Made by a program: the position numbers and the translations under genes | From: Gemmatimonadota bacterium | GTDB taxonomy: Bacteria > Gemmatimonadota > Gemmatimonadetes > Palauibacterales > Palauibacteraceae | Direction of reading: 5' to 3' | Length of the DNA: 38,353 bases | NCBI GenBank assembly: GCA_039656095.1 | Contig: JBDHMQ010000001.1 | Location: 1 to 38,353 of the forward strand | The notes under the pieces: generated by a model | The model's input: only the letters and a program-made list of their open reading frames with translations | Told to the model about the DNA's origin: nothing | Databases searched by the model: none | Part shown: in pieces, positions 25,110-34,816 of the stretch | Position numbering within the stretch: position 1 is the first letter of the stretch | Layout: every line of letters begins with the position of its first letter

Positions 25110-27698
25110 TCATCCGCATTCGCTGTATCCGCAGGCGTGGCATTTCACGCACCCTTCGGCGAATTCGAGGCCTGAGCCGCAGTCGGGACAGGTACCGATA
25201 AACGAGAGTGCCGCCTGCTCCTCGAACCGGTGAATAGCCGGTTGCTGAGAAGTCTGAGTCCCGCCATTCGTTGTCTTGGCGGCGCCCACGTCGGGAATCG
25301 GCAGAGACTGCTGAATCCCTTCCTTCTCCTCCAGGTGCCGCTCGATGACCTGGGCGACCGCATCGGGGCTCGACAGAACCTTGTTCGGACCCATTCCAAC
25401 ATATCGATCCGATGAGATCCCGCGAAGCTGCTTATGTACCTCGCGAAGCGAGATTCCGCTCCGCAAGGTGAGGCTGATCAGCCGGCCGATCGCTTCGGCA
25501 TCGGCCATTGCCGGCCCACCCGCCTTGCCGAGAGCGACAAACACCTCGAACGGGCGGCCGTTCTGGTCCTCGTTGATCGTTACGTACATGTCACCCAGTG
25601 GCGACACGATCTTGCGCGTGATTCCCCGTAGCTCCGCTGGTCGTGACCGAACTTTGGGAGCCTTCATCACGCCGCCCTCGTATGCAGCTATCGTTTTTCC
25701 GCTTTCCTCGACTTGCGCCTCGAGCTGAGCGATTCTGCCCAGGGCCGCTGTTAGCGCCTCCGCGAGTTCGGTGTCTGCAACCTGCTCAAAACCGACCGGC
25801 GTTGAGCCGGACTCTGCCACCACTTTTTGCGCGGTCTTTCCGGTCGACAGAACCTGGGCGTCGCGCGAGCCATCTCGGTACACCGTGACGCCTTTGCACT
25901 TCAGCTGGTAGGCAAGTTCGTAGATCTGACGTACGTCGTCTTCCGTCGCGTCGTGCGGAAAGTTGCACGTTTTCGAGATCGCCGAGTCCGTGTACTGTTG
26001 AAATGCGGCCTGCATACGGATGTGCTGCTCAGGTGTCACATCGTGCGCCGTCGTGAACACCAGCTGGACATCTTCGGGAACTTCAGGAAAGTGGATATGA
26101 CCCTCTGAGGCGATTCGCTCCATGAGTTCTTCGGAATGCCACCCCTGCTCCTTGGCCATACGCACGAATTCCGGATTCACGTCCGGCATCAGGCTGCCAG
26201 CCTGATTCCGCATGAAAGCGACGGCAAACATTGGCTCGATACCGCTCGAACATCCGGCGATGATCGAAATTGTTCCGGTAGGAGCGACGGTCGTCAGGTT
26301 GCAATTCCGGAGACGCCGCATCGGCCGGATTCGGCTGCCACCGCTATCCCGGGCGCAGCTGTCATCCGGACCCCAGATCGACTTCTCCCATTCTGGAAAC
26401 ACGCCGCGCTCTCGCGCCAGACGCTCCGACTCAACCTTTGACTCTTCGTCTACAAATCGCATCAACTCGCGGCCGAGTTCGATCGAGCGTGGCGATCCAT
26501 AAGGTTCGCCGAGCCTTACCAGCATGTCGGCCCAACCCATTACGCCGAGACCAACTCGCCGGATGTTCTTGGACAGGTCACCGATCTGCGGAAGCGGATA
26601 TTTGTTGGCATCGATCACATTGTCGAGAAAGTGCGTCGACTTGTGGACGGCCGATCGCAGGCTCTCCCAATCAATTTTTCCATCCTCAACAAACGTCCCG
26701 ACATTCACAGAACCCAGGTTGCACACGTCATACGGCAGTAGAGGTTGTTCACCACACGGATTCGTAGCTTCGTACGAGCCCATGTGCGGGACCGGGTTGT
26801 AGCGGTTTGCTTCATCCGTGAAGTAGACCCCAGGCTCTCCGTTGCGCCACGCGCCGTATATGACTTTGCTGAACACTTCGCGCGCATCCAGTTGCCCAAC
26901 AACCTCACCACCCCGCGGATTGTGCAGGTCGTATGGCTCATCCCGCTCCACAGCGGCCATGAAGTCGTCCGTCACGGCAACGGAGATGTTGAAGTTGGTG
27001 ATCTTGTTACCGTCTGACTTACAGTCGATGAAGTGCAAGATGTCGGGATGGTCGACGCGCAGAATCCCCATGTTGGCTCCGCGCCGCGTCCCTCCCTGCT
27101 TCACCGCCTCGGTGGAAGCATCGTAGACCTCCATGAAGCTGACAGGGCCGCTTGCCACACCCATCGTCGACTTCACAACATCCCCGGACGGGCGCAGACG
27201 GCTGAACCCGAAACCCGTACCACCACCCGACTGGTGGATCAGTGCCATGTCACGCAGGGTCTCATAAATACCCTCGAGACTGTCCGGCACGGGTAACACA
27301 AAGCACGCACTCAACTGACCCAGCGGACGTCCGGCATTCATCAGCGTGGGGCTGTTCGGCTCGAACTGGCCCATCGCCATCATATCGTAGAACTCGCGCG
27401 CGGTGTCTTCGATCATTTCTGCCGTAGCGCCGTAGCGGGTATCCATCTCTGCAATTACCCGCGCTACCCGCCAGAACATGTCCTGCGGTGACTCGATCAA
27501 CTCGAGGTCATCGTTCTTCTTCAGGTACCGCTTGCCGAGAACCGTGGTCGCGTTGTCCGACAGACGCGGTTCCGGGAGATCGCCTGGGGATTTGCCTGGA
27601 TCGATGGAGGTGGGGGTGGCCTCCGTCTGGATCGCCGTGTCGGGTGCCTGCATGACGTACTGTACTCCTCGCGTCTTAGCCTCGGTTTCCTGCTTCAT
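25110..27698 (-). CDS. nrdJ: Adenosylcobalamin-dependent (class II) ribonucleotide reductase
   Basis: 862 aa. TVLGKRYL N-terminal region, NPCGEQPLLPYDVCNLGS active-site loop, and a C-terminal Cys-rich tail CPDCGSGLEFAEGCVKCHACGYSEC. Confidence 0.92.
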   Translation of the reverse strand: MKQETEAKTRGVQYVMQAPDTAIQTEATPTSIDPGKSPGDLPEPRLSDNATTVLGKRYLKKNDDLELIESPQDMFWRVARVIAEMDTRYGATAEMIEDTAREFYDMMAMGQFEPNSPTLMNAGRPLGQLSACFVLPVPDSLEGIYETLRDMALIHQSGGGTGFGFSRLRPSGDVVKSTMGVASGPVSFMEVYDASTEAVKQGGTRRGANMGILRVDHPDILHFIDCKSDGNKITNFNISVAVTDDFMAAVERDEPYDLHNPRGGEVVGQLDAREVFSKVIYGAWRNGEPGVYFTDEANRYNPVPHMGSYEATNPCGEQPLLPYDVCNLGSVNVGTFVEDGKIDWESLRSAVHKSTHFLDNVIDANKYPLPQIGDLSKNIRRVGLGVMGWADMLVRLGEPYGSPRSIELGRELMRFVDEESKVESERLARERGVFPEWEKSIWGPDDSCARDSGGSRIRPMRRLRNCNLTTVAPTGTISIIAGCSSGIEPMFAVAFMRNQAGSLMPDVNPEFVRMAKEQGWHSEELMERIASEGHIHFPEVPEDVQLVFTTAHDVTPEQHIRMQAAFQQYTDSAISKTCNFPHDATEDDVRQIYELAYQLKCKGVTVYRDGSRDAQVLSTGKTAQKVVAESGSTPVGFEQVADTELAEALTAALGRIAQLEAQVEESGKTIAAYEGGVMKAPKVRSRPAELRGITRKIVSPLGDMYVTINEDQNGRPFEVFVALGKAGGPAMADAEAIGRLISLTLRSGISLREVHKQLRGISSDRYVGMGPNKVLSSPDAVAQVIERHLEEKEGIQQSLPIPDVGAAKTTNGGTQTSQQPAIHRFEEQAALSFIGTCPDCGSGLEFAEGCVKCHACGYSECG

Positions 27699-27882
27699 TA
27701 TATCTACCCCCGAAGGGGATTATGCTGCCCAAGTGTCCCGTGTGGCGCCAAAGTTTGGGGTGACTTCTCCCCCTCGGGTGATTCGCACCCGCAGAAAATA
27801 CTCCCCATATAATGCGTAAAAAAGTGTCGGACCGGGCGGGACAGAGCCGAGTAGTCCGGAGCGGTGTCAGAACCGCCACACA

Positions 27883-27934
27883 CCCCAATATGTTGGGGCC
27901 CGACTACAATAGAAACCCTATATGTAGTGGTCAA
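27883..27934 (-). promoter_or_regulatory. nrdJ promoter with tandem NrdR boxes
   Basis: Minus strand reads TTGACC (27934-27929), a 17-nt spacer, then TATTGT (27911-27906). The 16-mers are CCACTACATATAGGGT (27930-27915; 13/16 to the ACACTATATATAGTGT-type consensus) and CCCCAACATATTGGGG (27898-27883), with centres 32 bp apart. Confidence 0.65.
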
Positions 27935-27980
27935 GCCCTGAATTGTAACAAGCGCCGATTTTGGGGATCGCGGACGTGTT

Positions 27981-28514
27981 TCAGGCCGTGTTCTGTCGCC
28001 AGCGGCCCTCGCGGTGAGCGTCTTTCAGCACCAGATAGTGCTCGACGGTCCGGCGGGCACGGGCAAGCAGCTCTTCGTCCACCTGGCGAATTATTCGGCC
28101 GGGAACGCCGACGACAAGACTGCGCGGAGGAATGATCGTGCCCTCGCGCACTACCGCACCGGCTCCTATTACCGAGTCCTCTCCGATCACCGCGTGTGAC
28201 AAAATGATTGCGCCCATCCCTATCAGGCAGCCGTTACCGATCGTGCATCCGTGAATGATCGCGCGGTGCCCGACACCTACGTCGCACCCGATGTCACATG
28301 GTTGGTCGGTATCCACGTGCACGACGCTCAGATCCTGGATATTGGTACGCTGGCCGACTCGGATGGACGCGATGTCACCCCGCAGAACACAACCGAACCA
28401 GACACTGGAATCCGCTTCGAGCTCCACATCACCAGTCACGACAGCTCCCGGGGCAATCCAGGCTCCCGGACCCACAGTCGGCCCGGAACGAGTCGTCAGA
28501 TCTCCCACCCTCAC
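27981..28514 (-). CDS. Gamma-carbonic-anhydrase-like / left-handed beta-helix (hexapeptide repeat) protein
   Basis: 177 aa. WIAPGAVVTGDVELEADSSVWFGCVLRGD and hexapeptide repeats. The GTG start overlaps the amidase stop (GTGA). Confidence 0.8.
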   Translation of the reverse strand: MRVGDLTTRSGPTVGPGAWIAPGAVVTGDVELEADSSVWFGCVLRGDIASIRVGQRTNIQDLSVVHVDTDQPCDIGCDVGVGHRAIIHGCTIGNGCLIGMGAIILSHAVIGEDSVIGAGAVVREGTIIPPRSLVVGVPGRIIRQVDEELLARARRTVEHYLVLKDAHREGRWRQNTA

Positions 28515-30436
28515 GGGTTCGGCTGCTGGCCCGAAGCCACGTCCCGAAAGAACTCCTCAATGCCGTCCAGTATTCCGCGCGCGTATCGTTCTTGAAACTC
28601 CGGGGTCTTGAGAGCCGCCTCGTGGGACGGGATCATCATGAACGCCCCCTCGGTGAGAATGGCCGGCATCCATGACATCCGGGTCACAGCCAGGTCTCCC
28701 CAGAACACGCCGAGGTCCCGCAGTCGCAATGTCGATAGCATCCCCTGCTGAACAGCAACGGCCAGGGCATGGGAGTGTGGATGATAGTGATATGCACTCG
28801 TACCTTCGCGCCCTACCGGTCGCACACCATCCGGCAGCGCGTTGTTATGAATAGATACGAAAACCTCTGCATCCGCTTCAATGGCCCGCTGGGTTCGTTC
28901 GTACAGACCCATGGGAAGAGTGTCATCACGAATCAGCACAGGTTCGGCCCCCGCTTCGCGCACCAGGCGAGCCAGGATTCGACCGATCGCGAGGTTTGCA
29001 TCGCCCTCGTAAAAGCCGGTCGGTCCGTGGGCACCTGCCCCCGGGTGCCCTGGATCAATCGCGATTCTGCGGCCAAGCAAGGGGGATGCGGGATCGATCA
29101 TCGGTGGTCGGCGAATCTCGAAACGTAACTCTGCGCGCCCCGTCGGAAGCACCGACCAACTCGTCCGATAGCCCCACACACGTTCCACGAAGTGGATACG
29201 CAGACGATATCGGGATCCCGGCAGTTGCTCCCACTCCACTCGATCAACGAGGCGGCCACCGGCGCCTTCGCGAATTCGATTTGTAACGCCTGTTGCCCCG
29301 AACAGTGTGAGCTCGAGCGTATGATCGTCCGGCTCACTGACCGTGATTGGAATTGCGGCCGCAAGAAACGCATGCATCACAAGGCGGTCTGGAAGAACCT
29401 CGAAACGCAGGTCACCGACCGTGCTGCGCGGAGGGGCACTTCCAGGGGGAAGGAGCTCGAGATCATCCTCCAGTACCCACGCCTCCAACTCGGGTGCGAG
29501 ACGGATGCGCCACCGATTTCCCACTCGCCCGTCCAGTGTGACCCGCGTTCCATTCGCTAGAAGCCAGCGATACGGTCCGAACAACGCAGGTCTGGCGTTG
29601 ATGAGCCCGTCCGCTCCACCGGCTGGCTCATCCGGTTCACGAAGCACGGCAGCGGGAAGATCGGATGGATCCAAAATACGCAGCGGCGTGACGATGGTGC
29701 CGCGCGCCGTCGAGTCCGCCGAAATGACTCGCACACCGAGCCGCAAAGAATCGGCGTCAGCGCTCCAGGTGCAGTCTTCGGGCGCGCAAGCAACCCGGTA
29801 GAACGATTCCGCTTCCATCGCGAACAGATATTCTCCGGCCACCACGGTCTCGATCATCGAGTATCGCTCACTGCCCGCGTCCAGCCACACTTCTGCTGAT
29901 GGCTCTGCCCGTACGGTGAATTCGAGCAGTTCTCCAGGGACAGCCCAGCGGACAGGCTGGTCGTTGAGCGACTGCGGGTCGATCCACGCGGTGCCAGGTT
30001 CGCCTTCGAACGGACGCTCTGGCAGGAGGACGGGATGACGCAAGGTGTCGATCTCACTACCCCGCCGGGCCTGTAGCAGATAGGACGTAGTATCCCCTGC
30101 TTCTGCATTTGGAACCGGGAGAAAGGCGAGGAAGGATCCGTTGGGATTCACGTCGACGAACTGCCCGTTGATGATCAGCGTCGCGTCGCCAGTACCAACG
30201 GTTCCGAAGATAAAATTCGAGTCGCTCACGGTAATTCGCTGCAGCGAATCCGGATACTCGACGTAGAGTCCGATAGGTCCGCGAATCGAAGGAATCGGTG
30301 GTAGCACGCTTTCAATTACACCCGGCGGTATGGGACCGGTGCCGGGCGCGCGAGTGACGCCCCCGCATGCCACCAACTGGGTAAGCAGAGCGGCGGTCAG
30401 CGCACGCATACGTCGCTCATTCCCGAACACATTCAT
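28511..30436 (-). CDS. N-acetylmuramoyl-L-alanine amidase (Amidase_3) lipoprotein with large N-terminal domain
   Basis: C-terminal IAIDPGHPG...FVSIHNNA Amidase_3 motifs. The start was set at ATG 30436 (MNVFGNERRMRALTAALLTQLVACGG, lipobox-like), overlapping the SSS stop as ATGA. About 400 aa of N-terminal region is unassigned. Confidence 0.8.
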   Translation of the reverse strand: MNVFGNERRMRALTAALLTQLVACGGVTRAPGTGPIPPGVIESVLPPIPSIRGPIGLYVEYPDSLQRITVSDSNFIFGTVGTGDATLIINGQFVDVNPNGSFLAFLPVPNAEAGDTTSYLLQARRGSEIDTLRHPVLLPERPFEGEPGTAWIDPQSLNDQPVRWAVPGELLEFTVRAEPSAEVWLDAGSERYSMIETVVAGEYLFAMEAESFYRVACAPEDCTWSADADSLRLGVRVISADSTARGTIVTPLRILDPSDLPAAVLREPDEPAGGADGLINARPALFGPYRWLLANGTRVTLDGRVGNRWRIRLAPELEAWVLEDDLELLPPGSAPPRSTVGDLRFEVLPDRLVMHAFLAAAIPITVSEPDDHTLELTLFGATGVTNRIREGAGGRLVDRVEWEQLPGSRYRLRIHFVERVWGYRTSWSVLPTGRAELRFEIRRPPMIDPASPLLGRRIAIDPGHPGAGAHGPTGFYEGDANLAIGRILARLVREAGAEPVLIRDDTLPMGLYERTQRAIEADAEVFVSIHNNALPDGVRPVGREGTSAYHYHPHSHALAVAVQQGMLSTLRLRDLGVFWGDLAVTRMSWMPAILTEGAFMMIPSHEAALKTPEFQERYARGILDGIEEFFRDVASGQQPNP

Positions 30437-32166
30437 TGCGTGACCTCCCTCGCTGGATTCCAACGGCGCATGATCAGCAGTCCCGTCACGCCGACGATTG
30501 CCGCTAGACCTGCCGTCCTCCATTCGTACAGCATCGCGCCGCCAAGCGTAAACATCAGACCAAACAATAACATCGCGGCGCCAAGCGTCCGGGCCAGGTC
30601 CGTACGAAGCTCGGTAACCGGCTCGAGGCCCGTCCTTTCGCGCGCTTGCTTCCAGCCCGGCCCACCGGGTCGAACGCGGCGATAGAACGTGTCGAGCGTT
30701 TCATCCGATTCCGGTTTCGTAAGAAACATGACGGAGATCCAGATGACGCCCGATCCAAATGCCGTGACCGCGAGACGAGCGCCAAAATCCATCCCGCCAA
30801 ACACAGGTAGATAGGATGCGAGAGCGATCGCAAATCCGGCAAGCATCGCGGACAATTCCGCCCATGCATTCACGCGCCACCAGAACCAGCGCAGGATCAG
30901 CACGGCGCCCGGGCCCGTTCCAATCGCAATGACGAACCGGAACATCGTTCCGACATCGTTCGTGAAAAATGCAGCCACGCCACCGCAAGCGACCATCAGC
31001 ACGGACGCCAGCCGACCCATCAGGACAAGACGCTTTTGCGACGCGTCGGGCTCGATGAACCGTGCCCACAGATCGTTAACAACGTAACTCGCGCCCCAGT
31101 TGATCTGGGTTGAGACCGTAGACATGAATGCGGCGACAAACGATGCAACGACAATCCCGAGCACACCGACGGGCAGGTACTTGAGCATCAGTAAGGGATA
31201 GCCCATCTCGGGATCTTCGAGGTTCGGGAATACGACGATTGCGGCGAGCGCCGCCAGAATCCAGGGCCATGCACGAAGCACGTAATGGAGGAGGTTAAAC
31301 AACCATGCTGCTTTTTCGGCGTCTTTCTCCGTTCGGGCCGCAGACATCCGCTGCACGAACTCGCCACCGCCGTCGGATCGACGCCATGCCCACCATTGAA
31401 TTCCCAGGTAGGCCAGGAACGTACCCATCGGAAGCTCAATAGAACCCGGCTTTGGAACCATTCGCAGCGCATCGCTACGGCCGGCTGCCTCGAGTCCCGC
31501 CTTCAACTCGGCGATGCCGCCAATGTCCACGATCGCATAACCGGCCACGAGCAGGGCTCCGACCATTGCCAGCCCGAACTGCAGAAAATCAGTTGCCACG
31601 ACTCCCCACAGACCCGAGACGCCCGCGTAGACCATTACAAAGACGGACAGGCCTACGACGATCCACAGGCGCTCGTCGCCCGGCAGCCAGACCGGCATGG
31701 CCTGGCCCACGCCCAACGCCTCGATCACCTTCCGCATCGCCAGCATCACGTAGCCGATTGCGATGCAATTGATCGGCACGGCGAACACGAATGCCCGCGT
31801 GCCACGGAGCACCGCAGCCGGGCGCCCCCCGTAACGGATTTCGGTCAGCTCGGCGTCTGTCACGACCTCCGCCCGCCGCCACAGGCGCGCAAACAGGTAG
31901 ATCAGCAGCACATGCGAAAGGGCGAACGCCCACCACTCCCAGTTGCCCGCGATGCCACGACGAGCCACGACCCCCGTTACATACAGCGGCGTATCTACAC
32001 TGAACGTGGTTGCTGCCATCGACGTCCCGACGAGCCACCACGGCAATGAGCGGCCGCCGACAAAAAACTCGACGAGGCTGCCACTGGCGCGTCGGGCAAG
32101 CCAAAGTCCGATCGCCAGTGTTCCGACCAGATAAATTCCGACGATCCACCAATCGAGTGAGCCCAT
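30433..32166 (-). CDS. Sodium:solute symporter (SSS) family transporter
   Basis: About 13 TM segments. N-terminal WWIVGIYLVGTLAIGLWLARRASGSLVEFFVGGRSLPWW is typical of SSS. The start was set at ATG 32166, overlapping the nagZ stop (TAATG). Confidence 0.8.
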   Translation of the reverse strand: MGSLDWWIVGIYLVGTLAIGLWLARRASGSLVEFFVGGRSLPWWLVGTSMAATTFSVDTPLYVTGVVARRGIAGNWEWWAFALSHVLLIYLFARLWRRAEVVTDAELTEIRYGGRPAAVLRGTRAFVFAVPINCIAIGYVMLAMRKVIEALGVGQAMPVWLPGDERLWIVVGLSVFVMVYAGVSGLWGVVATDFLQFGLAMVGALLVAGYAIVDIGGIAELKAGLEAAGRSDALRMVPKPGSIELPMGTFLAYLGIQWWAWRRSDGGGEFVQRMSAARTEKDAEKAAWLFNLLHYVLRAWPWILAALAAIVVFPNLEDPEMGYPLLMLKYLPVGVLGIVVASFVAAFMSTVSTQINWGASYVVNDLWARFIEPDASQKRLVLMGRLASVLMVACGGVAAFFTNDVGTMFRFVIAIGTGPGAVLILRWFWWRVNAWAELSAMLAGFAIALASYLPVFGGMDFGARLAVTAFGSGVIWISVMFLTKPESDETLDTFYRRVRPGGPGWKQARERTGLEPVTELRTDLARTLGAAMLLFGLMFTLGGAMLYEWRTAGLAAIVGVTGLLIMRRWNPAREVTQ

Positions 32167-33614
32167 TAGCCGGTGGCCCCTGTGGTCTCCCAGATGGAGC
32201 GCGCCGCCGCCCGCTCCATGGCCGGCTCGGTTCCCCATGCGCAGATGCCGCCACCCAGGTCTGCAACCAGACGCGAGTGACCGAATACGATCAGCAGAGC
32301 GCCAGCAGGAACCGTCAGGGCAGTCTCAACAGCCGACGACGCACTCGGCGTCAGTCCAGCGATTCCCTTCCATGCCTGCGGGGTCGAAGCGACCAAGATC
32401 AGCACGGGTAAATCGTCGCCTGCGGAATCGACATTCCATCCCGCGTGACGAAGATCGGCCGTGAGATCAGCTCCAAACGGCGGTCGGCCGGGCTGTTCGC
32501 GATCATCCCAGATCGGCAGGACGCGGATAGGCTGGTCAGCGTTCAGCCAAGCTGGTCGTGGTGCAGACCAGGTAACGCAACCGAGAGCGAGCTCCGCCGG
32601 GGTCATGTCGGCAACATCCTCTGTCGGCGGCGACGGCTCGACCGAATAGCGCATGCGCACATCCTCGGCGCGAGCGATAGCTGTCACCAGCCGCTGATTG
32701 ACGTCCGGCTTTCGTTCAGCAGCTTCGCGTAGTGCGTTGATGGCCGTCTCCAGGTCATCCGGATATAGAAGCAGATCACAGCCCGCAAGAAGCGCCTCGA
32801 CGGCTGGATGACCGGTGCCCGTTTCCGCGTCCAGGAACCCGCTCATGTTCATGGCATCGGTGATGATCAATCCGCAAAATCCCATCTCGCCACGAAGTAG
32901 ATCCTCGAGAATTTCAGGTGCGAGGGTCGCAGGGCGTTCACTTCCCAGCGCGGGATACCACACATGAGCCGACATGATCGCCGCTACATCAGTGGCCACG
33001 TGCCGGAATGGCATTAGATCAGCCTCAAGATGAACTCGATCTACTTCGACACGCGGGAGCTCGGCATGGGAATCCGCTGTTGTCCGGCCATGCCCCGGAA
33101 AGTGCTTCGCACAGGCAAGTACGCCTTCCGACTGGCAGCCCGCGATCCAGGCCGCCCCCAATCGGGCGACAATATCCGGGTCGTCAGAAAATGCTCGCGA
33201 TCCCACAATCGGATTGTTTGGTTCTATGTCGAGGTCCAGGACAGGAGCGAAGACGAGATCGATCCCAAGGGCCCGGGCGTCTCGTCCCGTCAGCCGACCC
33301 GCCTGCCGTGCGGCTGCCACCGGGTCCTGGTGAGCGGCAATCCCTGCAGGTGGTGGAAGCGTCGCCAGTCCGGAAAACTGCTGACCGGCTCCTCGCTCGA
33401 GATCCGATCCGATCCATAACGGGTAGGGTGCAGCCGCTCTGAGGTCGGCGATCAGCCCGCAGACCTGGTCGGACTCACCTCCGAATACGATAAATCCCCC
33501 TGCACCTAATTCGACGGCATACCGTGCCCGCTCTCGAACCGCCGTCTCCGGATCGAGATCAAGCCGGAGCGCCTCAAGCACCACACGTCCGGCGGCGGGA
33601 GCAGGGGCGGTCAA
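32166..33614 (-). CDS. nagZ: Glycoside hydrolase family 3 beta-N-acetylhexosaminidase (NagZ-like), cytoplasmic, with C-terminal extension
   Basis: FAPVLDLD...GSRAF...AKHFPGHG GH3 motifs and no signal peptide. The tracked start is TTG at 33614, overlapping the anmK TGA. GTG codons at 33584/33581 are alternatives. Confidence 0.8.
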   Translation of the reverse strand: MTAPAPAAGRVVLEALRLDLDPETAVRERARYAVELGAGGFIVFGGESDQVCGLIADLRAAAPYPLWIGSDLERGAGQQFSGLATLPPPAGIAAHQDPVAAARQAGRLTGRDARALGIDLVFAPVLDLDIEPNNPIVGSRAFSDDPDIVARLGAAWIAGCQSEGVLACAKHFPGHGRTTADSHAELPRVEVDRVHLEADLMPFRHVATDVAAIMSAHVWYPALGSERPATLAPEILEDLLRGEMGFCGLIITDAMNMSGFLDAETGTGHPAVEALLAGCDLLLYPDDLETAINALREAAERKPDVNQRLVTAIARAEDVRMRYSVEPSPPTEDVADMTPAELALGCVTWSAPRPAWLNADQPIRVLPIWDDREQPGRPPFGADLTADLRHAGWNVDSAGDDLPVLILVASTPQAWKGIAGLTPSASSAVETALTVPAGALLIVFGHSRLVADLGGGICAWGTEPAMERAAARSIWETTGATG

Positions 33615-34816
33615 GCAGGCACTCGCTTTCCCAGCCTGCGCGGTCCGGCAGCGCCCGTCGCCCAGGCTACGTTCACCGGAATGCCCAACAAATGTTGTCG
33701 GGCCAGCAGAGCGAAAGCCGCTGCCTCCCGGGCATCTCCGTTCCAGCCAACCTCCTCAAGCAGTCGGATGTCGGTATCCGGCAAGTGGATTGCCAGCCGG
33801 CGGCGAATTTCCGGGTTCCGAGCGCCGCCACCACACAGGAGAACTTCGTCGACATTCTGATCGATGAACCTGTAGCTGGCCGCGATGGACCGTGAGGTCA
33901 CCTCCGTCAGCGTGGCAATCGCATCGGCTACTGGCAGGTCGTTACTATCGAGCCAATCGATCACTCGCGGTGAGCCAAAACGCTCACGCCCGGTACTGCG
34001 AGGTGGCGATTCAGCAAAAAACGGGTCGGACATCCATTCTTCCACCAGGGCCTCGTGCACAGAACCGGAAGCTGCCACGCGGCCGTCCTCGTCCCATGGC
34101 TCACCAGTAAGGCGAATCATCGCCGCGTCGATCAGGGCGACACCCGGGCCCGTATCGAATGCGACCGGCGACCGGGAATGATCACCCGCTGGAGGAAGCG
34201 CGGTCACGTTGGCCATTCCGCCGATGTTCTGCACCACACGTGGATGGTCCACCCGAAGGAGGAGGTCATCGAATACCGGTGTGAGCGGAGCTCCATGGCC
34301 TCCGGCTGCCATATCCCGAACCCGGAAGTCGGCGATCACGTCTACGCCTGTGCGTTCCGCGATTATGGCTGGCTCGCCCAACTGAAGCGTAGATCCGGCA
34401 GCATTTGACCCCGGCGGACAGTGCCACATCGTATGCCCGTGGCTGCCAATCGCGACTACGGATTCGTCCGCTGCTGCAATTGCCGACATCGCGGCAGTTG
34501 CGAGCTGCTCACCGATAGCGAAATTCAGCCAGCACAGATCTTCGGGCCCGGCATCACCGGATACCGCGCGCCGCAATCGGGCTACAAAATCGGGATCAAA
34601 CGGCTGGGTGTGGAACCACTCGAGCCGGGCTATCGCGGGCGTTTCGGCGCGACCCTCAAACCTGACAAGCGCCGCATCGATTCCGTCCAACGATGTCCCG
34701 GACATCAGCCCTACAAATAGACCCTCAGCGTCCTGCTGGCGTGGCTTCAAGCGCGTGTTTCCTCGCAGTCCAGGTACCCGGTTACTGCGCGAGTCGGAGA
34801 AGCTAACCACGGGCAC
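33611..34816 (-). CDS. anmK: Anhydro-N-acetylmuramic acid kinase
   Basis: GLMSGTSLDGIDAALV N-terminal motif and a full-length AnmK-like sequence. The tracked start is GTG 34816; an alternative TTG at 34750 gives a more typical N-terminus. Confidence 0.85.
   Translation of the reverse strand: MPVVSFSDSRSNRVPGLRGNTRLKPRQQDAEGLFVGLMSGTSLDGIDAALVRFEGRAETPAIARLEWFHTQPFDPDFVARLRRAVSGDAGPEDLCWLNFAIGEQLATAAMSAIAAADESVVAIGSHGHTMWHCPPGSNAAGSTLQLGEPAIIAERTGVDVIADFRVRDMAAGGHGAPLTPVFDDLLLRVDHPRVVQNIGGMANVTALPPAGDHSRSPVAFDTGPGVALIDAAMIRLTGEPWDEDGRVAASGSVHEALVEEWMSDPFFAESPPRSTGRERFGSPRVIDWLDSNDLPVADAIATLTEVTSRSIAASYRFIDQNVDEVLLCGGGARNPEIRRRLAIHLPDTDIRLLEEVGWNGDAREAAAFALLARQHLLGIPVNVAWATGAAGPRRLGKRVPA

Noticed and set aside
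27699-27882. Possible cobalamin riboswitch in the nrdJ leader (GGGUGCGAAUCACCC and GCGCCACACGGGAC vaguely resemble B12-aptamer segments).
   Set aside because: There is no recognisable B12 box (AGCCAGGAGACCUGCC-like) and no overall consensus order. B12-mediated repression of a B12-dependent RNR would also be biologically odd. A cmscan against RF00174 would settle it.
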